A DNA stretch of 64,000 nt from Malacoraja senta (lineage: Eukaryota), in contig CM075988.1 of assembly GCA_038087875.1 (NCBI GenBank), forward strand, positions 4,154,001 through 4,218,000, in the 5' to 3' direction. The notes beneath the pieces are model-generated. The model had not been told where the DNA came from. It ran no database searches and saw only the letters and a list, made by a program, of their open reading frames with translations. Positions 26,087 to 36,445 of this stretch are shown here, in pieces; positions within the stretch are counted from its first letter, which is position 1, and each line of letters begins with the position of its first letter. Position numbers and translations under genes: made by a program.

Positions 26087-27830
26087 ATATAACCATATAA
26101 CCATATAACCATTACAGCACGGAAACAGGCCATCTCGGCCCTTCAAGTCCGTGCCGAACATTTTTATTTTTTTTATTTTGTTTATTTAAAAAAATATATA
26201 TACTTTCCCCTAGTCCCATATACCTGCACTCAGACCATAACCCTCCATTCCTTTCCCGTCCATATACCCATCCAATCTATTTTTAAAGGATAAAATCGAA
26301 CCAGCCTCCACCACTTCCACTGGAAGCTCATTCCACACAGCTACCACTCTCTGAGTAAAGAAGTTCCCCCTAATGTTACCCCTAAACTTCTGTCCCTTAA
26401 TTCTCAAGTCATGTCCCCTTGTTTGAATCTTCCCTACTCTCAATGGAAAAAGCTTATCCACGTCAACTCTGTCTAACCCGCTCATAATTTTAAAGACCTC
26501 TATCAAGTCCCCTCTTAACCTTCTGCGCTCCAAAGAATAAAGACCTAACTTGTTCAACCTTTCTCTGTAACTTAGTTGCTGAAACCCAGGCAACATTCTA
26601 GTAAATCTCCTCTGTACTCTCTCTATTTTGTTGACATCCTTCCTATAATTAGGCGACCAAAATTGTACTCCATACTCCAGAATTGGCCTCACCAATGCCT
26701 TGTACAATTTTAACATTACCTCCCAAGTTCTATATTCAATGCTCTGATTTATAAAGGCCAGCGCACCAAAAGCTTTCTTTACCACCCTATCTACATGAGA
26801 TTCCACCTTCAGGGAACTATGCACAGTTATTCCTAGATCCCTCTGTTCAACTGCATTCCTCAATTATCTACCATTTACCATGTACGTCCTATTTTGATTT
26901 GTCCTGCCGAGATGTAGTACCTCACATTTATCAGCATTAAACTCCATCTGCCATCTTTCAGCCCACTCTTCCAAATGGCCTAAATCTCTCTGTAGACTTT
27001 GAAAATCTACTTCATTATCCACCACACCACCTATCTTAGTATCATCTGCATACTTACTAATCCAATTTTCCACACCATCATCCAGATCATTGATGTACAT
27101 GACAAACAACAGAGGACCCAACACAGACCCCTGAGGCACCCCACAAGTCACCGGCCTCCAACCTGACAAACAGCCTTCCACCATTACTCTCTGGCATCTC
27201 CCATTCAGCCACTGTTGAATCCATCTTGCTACTCCACCATTAATACCCAACAATATAATCTGAGGAAGGGTTTCGGCCCGAAACGTTACCTATTTCCTTC
27301 GCTCCATAGATGCTGCTGCACCCGCTGAGTTTCTCCAGCATTTTTGTGTACCTTCAATATAATCTTCTTAACCAACCTTCCATGAGGAACCTTGTCAAAG
27401 GCCTTACTGAAGTCCATATAGACAACATCCACTGCTTTACCCTCATCAATTTCCCTAGTAACCTCTTCGAAAAATTCTAGAAGATTAGTCAAACATGACC
27501 TTCCAGGCACGAATCCATGTTGACTGTTCCTAATCTGACCCTGCTTATCCAGATGCTTATATATATTATCTTTAAGTATCCTTTCCATTAATTTGCCCAC
27601 CACTGACGTCAAACTAACAGGTCTATAATTGCTAGGTTTACTCTTAGAACCCTTTTTAAACAATGGAACAACATGCGCAGTACGCCAATCCTCCGGCAGT
27701 ATTCCCGTTTTTAATGACATTTGAAATATTTCTGTCATAGCCCCTGCTATTTCTACACTAACTTCCCTCAATGTCCTCGGGAATATCCTGTCAGGACCTG
27801 GAGACTTATCCGTTTCATATTTTTCAAATT
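26087..27830 (-). mobile_element. CR1 LINE (5'-truncated) inserted in the DIRS YR gene
   Basis: ORFs 27286-27888, 26864-27253 and 26210-26863 carry KSPGPD, YRPVSLTS, DFSKAFDKV, GVPQGSVLGP, YADD; (AACCATAT)n tail at 26087-26112. Confidence 0.95.
27262..27354 (+). mobile_element. 93-bp Penelope-derived unit with 11-bp TSD, inside the CR1
   Basis: caatataatct duplicated at 27251-27261 and 27355-27365; motif CTGAGGA-A-GGGT-TTCG-GCCC-GAAAC-GTT. Confidence 0.85.
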
Positions 27831-27878
27831 CACTTATACTGGCCAGTACAAGTATAGGCAGTATGGGATATTGACATT

Positions 27879-28384
27879 GTGTTAACAATACTTCACCAGG
27901 GGCCAGCTACTTCCTTAGTCATGACACCAGTATCAGCTCAACGAGTGCAGACATTGCAAAAGCTGCGGCTAGATAGGATGGAAGTGGTTGCAGATCCCAT
28001 TACGTTTTACATTTCTGGTCTACACAAGCAGAGCAGACCAGGGGTAACAGGGTTTAAGATCATATTTCGGCATACCCCACGGACTCACGTCTATGTGTGA
28101 TGGCACGTTTGCTATATTATATCAAGGCCACCAGAACCCTAAGAGGTGTGGAATCAGCATTGTTTATTAGCCAGGAACAACCACACAAGAAAAAGTCGGT
28201 TCAGACTATTTCAAGGTGGCTGAAGCAGGTTCTGGTTTATGCAGGTATTAACACTGACAATTTTACATCTCATTCCACCAGGGCGGCATCAATGTCAGCG
28301 GCCAGGGCAATGGACGTTCCCATCGACCATATCCTCGCGGCGACAGGATGGTCAAGTGAATTGATTTTCAAAACATTTTTTTAA
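27879..28384 (+). pseudogene. DIRS tyrosine recombinase C-terminal domain (frameshifted)
   Basis: SAQRVQTL (catalytic R), LFIS, TISRWLK..L..AGI, HSTR motif, GWSS...F..F; the catalytic Tyr is not present before the stop. Confidence 0.85.
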
Positions 28385-29101
28385 CCATAGGCCGATTGCC
28401 CACCCGGGGCTATTTGCCCATTCTGTTTTGCACCCACTTTAGCCTCCCCTGAGATAGAGGGGATGCTATTGATTTTCTTTATTAACGTAAACCATTAATA
28501 TGTTTAAATCAATGTCATGTATAATGCATTGTTGATTATTCACTCATCCTGAGTCAATCGATGCAGTGAGACGCCGGGATTTGAATCTACGGCATGAAAT
28601 CACAGAGCTTTGAACTCTTCACGGAATCACTCACTTGACTCCGAAGTAAAATAGTAAGATTAAATGAGAACTTACCAGTTTGAAGTTTGATCTTTATTTT
28701 TTGAGGAGTTACGATGAGGGATTCCGCTCCCAACCCTCATAAAAGTCATCTGGTAGTTCTAGTCTTCTCTAAGTCTTACTATGTTACTTCGACTGCTGTT
28801 ATCTGTGATTTCACACCGCTGCTTTGAAGATTGACACGCATGCGCACTGGCGGGGCTTCTTCACGTAATCCCTCAAAGTAACTCCTCATAAAATAAAGAT
28901 CAAACTTCAAACTGGTAAGTTTTCGTTTAATCTTACTATTATGCTGGAGGCCTTGCTGAGCAGCGTTAAGCTCCTGTCCCACTTACATGTCCTTGGCACG
29001 CTAATTACGCTACCTCGTGGTCGCGTTGAGGCGCGACGGTCCCGCGAAGGTCGGGCGCAATTACATGCGTACGCACAGCCGTCTGGAGCGCATGACGTCA
29101 T

Positions 29102-29297
29102 TTGAAGATGGACACAAAGCTGGAGTAACTCAGCGGGACCGGCAGCATCTCTGGAGAGAAGCAATGGGTGATGTATCGGGTCGAGACTCTTCTTCAGTCT
29201 GAAAGAAGGGTCTCGACCCGAAACGTCACCCATTGCTTCTCTCCAGAGATGCTGCCGGTCCCGCTGAGTTACTCCTGCATTTTGTGTCTATCTTCAA
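29102..29297. mobile_element. Inverted pair of Penelope-derived units (196-bp near-palindrome)
   Basis: The arms are reverse complements centred near 29198, where two hammerhead-like motifs meet. Confidence 0.9.
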
Positions 29298-29449
29298 TTT
29301 TCTTGGCCCCGCTCTTTTTTTTCTTTTTTTTCCGTAAATGTTTTTTTTATTAGATTTTTAAACAAATGTACAATTTACAAGGGAGGGTAGAAAGCTCAAA
29401 CAATTTAAAAAACACTTACACAAAATTATCAAATTAAAATATTAACATT

Positions 29450-32400
29450 TTAATCTATAATATATTCAACCTCCTGCGGTGACCAGCGTTCACAGAAGGC
29501 CTCCACAGTCCCCGTGGACACGCGGGCACGGACGTAACCCCGGAAAAGGGGAAGGGAGCCGACCGCTGTGCGGCCATCGACTGCCCGCTGCCTGGACCCG
29601 CGAATGGCCATCTTGGCCAGGCCCAGGAGCAGACCAACAGGGAGACCCCCTCCTCCCTCCCGACCCTCCCCCCTCTGTACCGGGTGCCCATAAATTAATA
29701 GCGTTGGACTAAAATGTAGCCAAAACTTGAGGAGCAGCCCCTTCAGATACTCGAACAGGGGCTGCAACCTCTCACACTCTATATACACGTGGAACACGGT
29801 CTCTTCCTCACCGCAGAAATGACAAGCAGGGGAAGAGTCCGTGAACCAGCTCAAGTACCTATTACAGGCCACGGATTTGTGCAAAACTCTCCACCCCAGG
29901 TCCCCGATGTAAAGGGGGAGGACTCCCTTGTAGAGAGACCTCCACTGGGGACCGCTCCCCTCGTCAGGTGGTAACACGGACCGCCAGGGTGTGTCTGGAT
30001 GGAAGACGAGGGCGAGGAAGTGGAGAGTGTGCAAGAGCAGCCTGTACAGTACGCGCCTCTCCGCGTCACGGAACGGCACACTGGGCATCTCAGAAAGGCG
30101 GCTCATGTTGCATGGGGCCGGCTCTCGGGGAGGGACCCGGGCCATGGGCCCTATGAACAATTCAGACTGAGCGGGGGTAAGCTCGTCCGGAATCGCTCCA
30201 TGCACACGCCTCTCCTCGACACCCACCATCACAGCCACGACACCCCCCTCCCCCTGAGGAGCAGGGCACTGGCTGAAGGTGACCAAATTCCTGGCCTTCA
30301 GGAGGTCACGGTAAAAGCCAGGCAACTCCCGCCTAGTGCGTCGACTCATGCCCGCTACCGGGAGCCGTGAGCCCTCCTGAAGGCAGCGCCCCTGACGGAA
30401 AAAGTACGTCGCCAGCACGTGCCATTTAGGAGGGTAGTCCGAGTAGACGTACCTCCGCAGGGTCCTGAGTCGGAGAGCCGCCACCTGGGTACGAATACAG
30501 ACCAGCCCCTGACCACCCTCCTCCAACGGGAGACTCAGAACCCCAGCAGAGACCCAGTGATTCCTCTCACCCCAGAAGAAGTTGACCAATCTCCTCTGTA
30601 ACATGGTTATAAAATAAGAGGATGGGACCATAGTGGCCATCCGGTACCACAGCAGAGAGGCCACCAGCTGGTTTATAACTACAGCCCTGCCCCGGTAAGA
30701 GAGCACACCAAGTAGGCCAGACCAACGTCCCAGCCGGGCGACCACTTTCGCCTCCAGCTCCTGCCAGTTCGCCGGCCACCCCTCCTCAGCGGGACTCAGG
30801 TAGACCCCCAGATAGAAGAGATGTGTGGTACTCCACGCAAAACCTGCCATCTCCTCCGGCAGAGAGTCCACCTGCCACCCACCCACCAAGAGACCAGAAC
30901 ACTTCCCCCAGTTGATCTTGGCGGAGGATGCAGCCGAGAACACCTGCTGGCACTCACGCATCCTCCACAGGTCAACAGGGTCGGTGAACATCAGAAGGAC
31001 ATCATCGGCGTAGGCCGAGAGAACCACCTCCACCCCTGGCCCCGGTAAAGCCAGGCCTGTCAACCGCCTCCGGAGAAGGCACAGGAAAGGCTCGACAAAT
31101 GGAATACAGCTGGCTGGACATGGGACATCCCTGACGAACCCCCCTCCCAAAGGGAATGGGGGCCAACAAAGAGCCGTTGACCTTAACAAGGCATTCTGCA
31201 GCAGTGTATAAAAGTCGGACCCAGGCCACAAAATGCGGTCCAAATCCGAACGCCTGCAGAGTCCCAAGAAGGTAGTTGTGCTCCACCCTGTCAAACGCCT
31301 TCTCCTGGTCGAGGGAGAGAAAGGCGACCGACTGCCCAGCCCCCTGGGACAGATGGATCAGGTCCCGGAGCAGATAGATATTGTCCTGGATGGACCGGCC
31401 CGGGACTGTGTACGACTGGTCAGGGTGGATCACCTGGGACAGCACGGGACGCAGGCGATTCGCCAATGCCCGTGCAAAAACGTGCTGAGGAGAGAGACTG
31501 GGCGCCAGTTCTTCAAAAGGCGAAGATCGCCCTTCTTGGGCAGCAGGACAACAACAGCCCTGCGCCACGAGAAAGGCATCTCCCCGGTCGCCAGGCTCTC
31601 CCCCAGGACCTTCATATAGTCGCCCCCCAGGACATCCCAGAAGGCTCTAAGGTACTCCACAGTCAGCCCATCCAGCCCTGGAGACTTGCCCCTCCTGAGC
31701 TGGGGCAGGGCACCAGTCAAGTCCTCCAGAGTTAGGGGATCATCCAGGTGTTCAGCCACATCATTGCACACAGCGGGTAAGCCCTCCCACAGGACCTCTT
31801 GCGCCTCCCCACTCGATGTGCCAGCCGAGAACAGAGTCCTGAAGAAAGACCGAACTGAGGCACCAATGCTCTCTGGATCTGTGACAGAGGAGCCATCATC
31901 CGCAAGCAACTCTACAAGCTGCCTGCGGGCTCATCGCCCCTTCTCCAGAGAAAAGAAAAAGGGGGAGGCGCGGTCCAGGTCGTGCAACATCTGGACTCGC
32001 GACCTCATATACGCACCCCGGGACCTCCTAAGCTGCAAGTCCCTCAGTGCTCCCTTCTTCTCCTGGTATTCCTCCCACTCACACGAAGCCCCACAAGTCT
32101 GATCCAGACGAGCCTCCGAGTCGAGCAACTCTCTCTCAAGCCGTCCGATCTCGGAGTCCCGCCCCTTGGTCAACCCCCTCGCGTAGTCCTGGCAAAACAG
32201 ACGGACGTAGGCCTTCCCCACGTCCCACCACTGCCTTAGGGAAAGGAAACGCCCCTGCCTCTCTCTCCACCTCGCCCAGAACTGCCTGAATGAATCCCGG
32301 AATCGGCGATCCTCCAACAGCTGGCTATTAAAATGCCAGTACGCGGACCCTGCCCGTGTGCGTGTCGGGATAAAGTCCACTCGCACCAGGCAATGGTCCG

Positions 32401-33070
32401 AGCATGGCGCCGGCTGCATGGAGGCCGCCGAAACACAGGAGACATAGGCCTTGGACACGCATAAATGATCAATACGGGAACCACCACCCTCAAACCTGTA
32501 CGAGAAGGCGTTAGAGTCAGGATGGAAATTCCGCCAAGCATCTACCAGCTCAAAAGAGTCCACCATCTCCCTTAAAGACTTTACTGCACCCGGGTCATGC
32601 TGAACGCCAGAGCGATCTCTTGTCTCGAGGGCACAATTAAAATCTCTCCCAAGGAAAACACACTCCCCACGGTCGATAATATTCAACAACGTGGTCACTT
32701 CCCTTGTTAAGCGCGTCTGCATTGCGCCGATCTTGGGGGCGTACACATTAATGAAGTGTAATGGCACGCCATCCAAGCGCATGGCCAGATACAGCAAACG
32801 GCCTGGTACAATGTCCTGCACTTTGAGGATCTCTGGCTGGAAAGACAGGGCCAACAGGAAGGCTACTCCACTCGAATTGGAGCTGAGATGACTCATGTAG
32901 ACCCCCCCTTCCCACTCCAGGATCCAGGTGGATTCATCACTAGCCACAGTGTGTGTTTCCTGCAGGAAGCTCAACGCATACCTCCCGTCCCTGAGCACTG
33001 AGAGATGGTGAAACCTACGGAGAGACCCCCTGCCCCCATTGATATTCAGGCTGGCTATAGTGAGCTTCAT
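29450..33070 (-). pseudogene. Tx1 ORF2 (APE endonuclease, reverse transcriptase, C-terminal CCHC), disrupted
   Basis: SLNING, LQETH, NVYAP, DFN, SDH; KSPGLDG, WRPVSLL, DQEKAFD, GVRQGCP, YADD; CHFC...H...C. Stop at 31931-31933 and frameshifts at about 31480 and 31095. Confidence 0.93.
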
Positions 33071-35172
33071 TTTGAAAGTAAACTAGATCTTTTACCCCTC
33101 CTCGGTGATGGGTTGGAGCCGCCCCTACCCTTCTGCCCTCTCTTTAGGGCCTTAAAAAGCTCTTGGAACTGGCGCCTCTCATTTCTTATTAGCCCCGCCT
33201 CATTCCCCTTCTTCTGAAGGAAGGCATGAATGGACTGCATGGGCGCCCTCAGGTCCGACCAGCGGTTGACAGCCAAATCCACCTTGTTCCTACTCCCTCT
33301 AGTGTCCTTTAAGAACTTCCGAAGTTCCCAGACTTCGACAAGTCGAGACACGGGGCCGCGGGTGGAGCAGTCCGTCAACTCACTGTCGATGGACTCCGTG
33401 TACCCCTCCTCCTCGCACTCAATGTCCGAGCCCGAGTCCAGAAGGTTACTACTCTCATCCACCTCGCTCACCCCTCCCTGTGAGGTGGGCATTCCAGCCA
33501 CATCACACAGTCCCTCCTCTGTCACCATCCCACCCCCAGGATCAGTGACAGGGGCAGGTACCGGCGCCTCTGACCGCGGCAAGCTATCTGACAATTGGCC
33601 AGTCTCCTGCACGCTCCCATCGCCCTCTGTAACCGGATTGGGAACAATGAAGTCGGAGCAAGTCTCCGGGCCTTGCTGTAAGCGGGTCTGTCTGGAGTCC
33701 GACCTAAGGACACGATCCAAAATGATCTTGCCCTCCTCCGCACCCAGGGTATCCGCCCCTGCACCGTCACCCAGAGAGTCCCCGTCCCCCACCACCAGGT
33801 GAATCACCTCACTGTGGCCCTCAGGGGCCGATGTTACTGGAGTCTCCCCTGCTCCCTCAACCAGTGGGCCTTCATACCCCTCAACTGGGCTTGTAGCCTC
33901 AACGTGGAGCTCACGTTGGGGACCCACCCCCTCACCCAAGTCCCCCCCTTCAGGCTGCCCCTGGTCATCCACTAAGCTAGCAGACATGTTCTCTGGGGGA
34001 ACAGCCCCCAAGAGTAATATATCGCCACTCTCAGGTGGTCCCATACCTACAGAGGCATCCTCCCCCTCAGAGGAAACGTGCCCTGGGTACCCCACCTCAA
34101 CAGGAGGGGAAGGCTCCCCTTCAGGTTGCCCCTGAACTTCAGGGCCCTTCTCTGTATCGGAGGACCCAAACCTCCTCCTCTTCCAACCACTGGCGTGCGG
34201 TGGTACGGTGAGCTCCATTGCAGAAGCCTCTACCTCCGCACTACCGTCTATCTCAGAGGCGAGCATGAAATTATCTGATGCCGGGAGTCCTGCTTGGAGG
34301 TAATCATCTTCTAGGGGATCCGCCTGGAGATGTTTCTTCTTTTTCTTGACTTTCCTCCCCTGCTGATGCTCCCAAACCTTCCCATCCACCCCACGCACTT
34401 CTCCGGCATCCACCGCCACAGGTACGGAACATGGGGGTGGGGGGATAGGGGTTGGGGGTAGGGGAGTAAAGCCTTCACGGGCCACCGTGGTAAAACCAGC
34501 AGCCCCAGATGGGCCAGTAGTGCTTTCCCGGGCCATCGTGGTGGAACTGGCAGCCCGGGTCCTAGGACAATTCCTGCAAAAATGCCCCACCTTTTTGCAA
34601 GCGTGACAACGCAATTGGCCCGTGTTCCAGAACACGCGATAGAAGATATCATCCACCTCCACCTCAAAACTCCCCTCCGTGTCCGTCCCCTGTGCCAACT
34701 GTATATACACGCGACGCTTGAACGTATATATATGCTGCATCTCAGGATCGTCAAACCTGTACAACGGTTTGGTGAGCCCTGACCGCACCTCCGCCAGCTT
34801 CCTTACATGTGGGAGCAGGAGCGCATCCGGAACAAAAGTGGGAACGTTGGACAGAATGACCGGCAAAACGGGACCCCCCCATGGGTCCACCACCATGAAA
34901 TTCCCGCCTGCTGTTACCCCCCTTTCCAGAGCCAGAGCCAGAGCCACCGCCTGTTCAGTCTTTAGTAGAACCACAACCTTCCCACTGACCACCGTGCCCG
35001 AGACTATGGCTTTCTTGCCAACAGTCTCACCCAGCGCATCTAGAAAGGCCTTAAAGGGCAGGTTGCTCTGCATGTACATTTTTACACCATATGTGCGCCC
35101 CATCAACTCGTGGCCCTCAATCTCGGAGACTGCCGACCGTGCGACAGCTGCATAACTCTGAGGGGCCGCCAT
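33067..35172 (-). CDS. Tx1 ORF1 (gag-like nucleic-acid-binding protein, 701 aa from MAAPQSYAAVA)
   Basis: Open frame; N-terminal SYAAVA, LSNVP.F, zinc knuckle CHACKKVGHFCRNC, long acidic region and basic C-terminus; the stop overlaps the ORF2 ATG (ATGA). Confidence 0.88.
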   Translation of the reverse strand: MAAPQSYAAVARSAVSEIEGHELMGRTYGVKMYMQSNLPFKAFLDALGETVGKKAIVSGTVVSGKVVVLLKTEQAVALALALERGVTAGGNFMVVDPWGGPVLPVILSNVPTFVPDALLLPHVRKLAEVRSGLTKPLYRFDDPEMQHIYTFKRRVYIQLAQGTDTEGSFEVEVDDIFYRVFWNTGQLRCHACKKVGHFCRNCPRTRAASSTTMARESTTGPSGAAGFTTVAREGFTPLPPTPIPPPPCSVPVAVDAGEVRGVDGKVWEHQQGRKVKKKKKHLQADPLEDDYLQAGLPASDNFMLASEIDGSAEVEASAMELTVPPHASGWKRRRFGSSDTEKGPEVQGQPEGEPSPPVEVGYPGHVSSEGEDASVGMGPPESGDILLLGAVPPENMSASLVDDQGQPEGGDLGEGVGPQRELHVEATSPVEGYEGPLVEGAGETPVTSAPEGHSEVIHLVVGDGDSLGDGAGADTLGAEEGKIILDRVLRSDSRQTRLQQGPETCSDFIVPNPVTEGDGSVQETGQLSDSLPRSEAPVPAPVTDPGGGMVTEEGLCDVAGMPTSQGGVSEVDESSNLLDSGSDIECEEEGYTESIDSELTDCSTRGPVSRLVEVWELRKFLKDTRGSRNKVDLAVNRWSDLRAPMQSIHAFLQKKGNEAGLIRNERRQFQELFKALKRGQKGRGGSNPSPRRGKRSSLLSK

Positions 35173-36141
35173 CTTTAGGGCGTGGCACAACACACAAAGT
35201 ATCAGTAGTTTATATCCAAAGCAGTCTTTCTGCTGTTGCTGCACCTCCACTCTTTTGCAGCAGTTAAATAGTCCTGTGAAGGCTCTCTTGGCAAGCAACA
35301 GAAGCGGTTTCCTCCTGATAAGATAGGAATGTCTGTGCCAATCCTCCCCGTCGTCAAAAATGGAGCTTCCGGAGGCTTCTTCCCCAGGTCTCCGTCCCCT
35401 CCCCGGCTTCAACGAAATCCAAGGCACTGTTGCCGTTCTTACCCAGCACACCTGGACCGGGCAAGTCGGTGTAGGAGGGAGCTTTCCGATGTTACTGACC
35501 ACAAACACCGCTCCAGACTCAACTCCCACTTGTACAAACGTAACTTGGCCTTCTGCCAACCAAAGCCGCTCCTACGACTTTCCATATACACAGACAAATC
35601 CTCACTAATTAGTGGAATCTTTGAACAAAGAAAGTCTCTGCAGATCGACAAAGCTCTGAACTGCAAAGTCTGACTGCTTTTGTTTCGCCCCGCCAAACAA
35701 AACCTTCCAAAAAGTTCATCAAATCCTCCCCGCCAGCAGAACAGCTCCTCACCTGGCCCCGCTATGGGAGTAGAAGTGGGGGCGGATCCGGATCCGCAAC
35801 GGCCGTGAGCCCCAGGCCGAGTTCAGCGATCATTTGCCTGCTTCTGCTGCTGTGGAGGCGAGGCATTGTGTTGCGCCAGGGTCTTGGGCCTGTCCCACTT
35901 TGGCTGTCAGTTACGCAACAGGCCGGTGGTGCGCGAAGATTTCGTTGCCTACAAAATTTCAGAGCGCCGCGCGATACTGCGCACAACTCAATACCCCTCT
36001 GCGCTTCTCAGTGGGACCGGCCCCTCGCGGCCACACGATGCCCGTGCGCCTCAACGTGACGACGAGGTTGCGTAATTCGCATGCCAAGGACACGTAAGTG
36101 GGACAGGTCCTTAAAGTGTAGATGAAGTCAATGAAAGGGAG

Positions 36142-36445
36142 GTTTAGTTTTAGAGATACCGCATGGGAGCTGGCCCTTCGGCCCACCGAGTCTGCACCGC
36201 CCAGCGATCCCCGCACATTAACACTACCCTACTCACACTAGGGACAATTTTACATTTACACCAAGCCAGTTAACCTACAAAACTGTACGTCTTTGGAATG
36301 TGGGATGAAATTGAAGATCTCAGAGAAAACCCACGCAGGTCACAGGGAGAACGTACAAATTCCATACAGACAATCCTGTAGTCAGGATCGAACCCAGATC
36401 TCTGGCGCTGTAAGGCAGTAGCTCTAACGCTCTGTCACCATGCCA
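36142..36445 (-). mobile_element. HE1-like SINE
   Basis: Body, B box and tail on the minus strand. Confidence 0.85.

Larger units (their letters stand above)
22638..28940 (+). mobile_element. DIRS1-type tyrosine-recombinase retrotransposon, full length but with decayed coding regions
   Basis: Left ITR 22638-22700; right ITR 28832-28870 plus a 3' extension to 28940; ICR 28616-28723 complementary to both outer ends; terminal ATT overlap and no TSD. RT remnant MS*LDDIL (about 24571-24594), RNase H LQTDA (about 25056) and STVVAYV.HM (about 25251), methyltransferase-like FYVF/PPFCLISRVL (about 25520), YR at 27879-28384. Confidence 0.9.
29314..35753 (-). mobile_element. Full-length Tx1-clade non-LTR retrotransposon (6.44 kb)
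   Basis: 10-bp TSD tggccccgct (29304-29313 and 35754-35763), A-rich 3' tail, about 580-nt 5' UTR, ORF1 and ORF2. Confidence 0.95.
28969..36111. mobile_element. PIF/Harbinger-like non-autonomous DNA transposon (about 500 bp when empty) hosting a Tx1 LINE and a Penelope-derived palindrome
   Basis: TIR of about 60-65 bp AG..CCTGTCCCACTTAC.TGTCCTTGGCA...GTTGAGGCGC; flanked by TTA (28966-28968) and TAA (36112-36114); the flanks rejoin as one Rex1-like fragment. Confidence 0.8.

Noticed and set aside
35173..35559. 129-aa N-terminal extension of Tx1 ORF1
   Set aside because: Starts at a non-ATG codon in the 5' UTR; the first ATG and typical SYAAVA start are at 35172.
28966..36114. piggyBac/Kolobok assignment from apparent TTAA flanks
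   Set aside because: Sister elements show 3-bp TCA and TTA duplications with the same termini, which fits Harbinger better.
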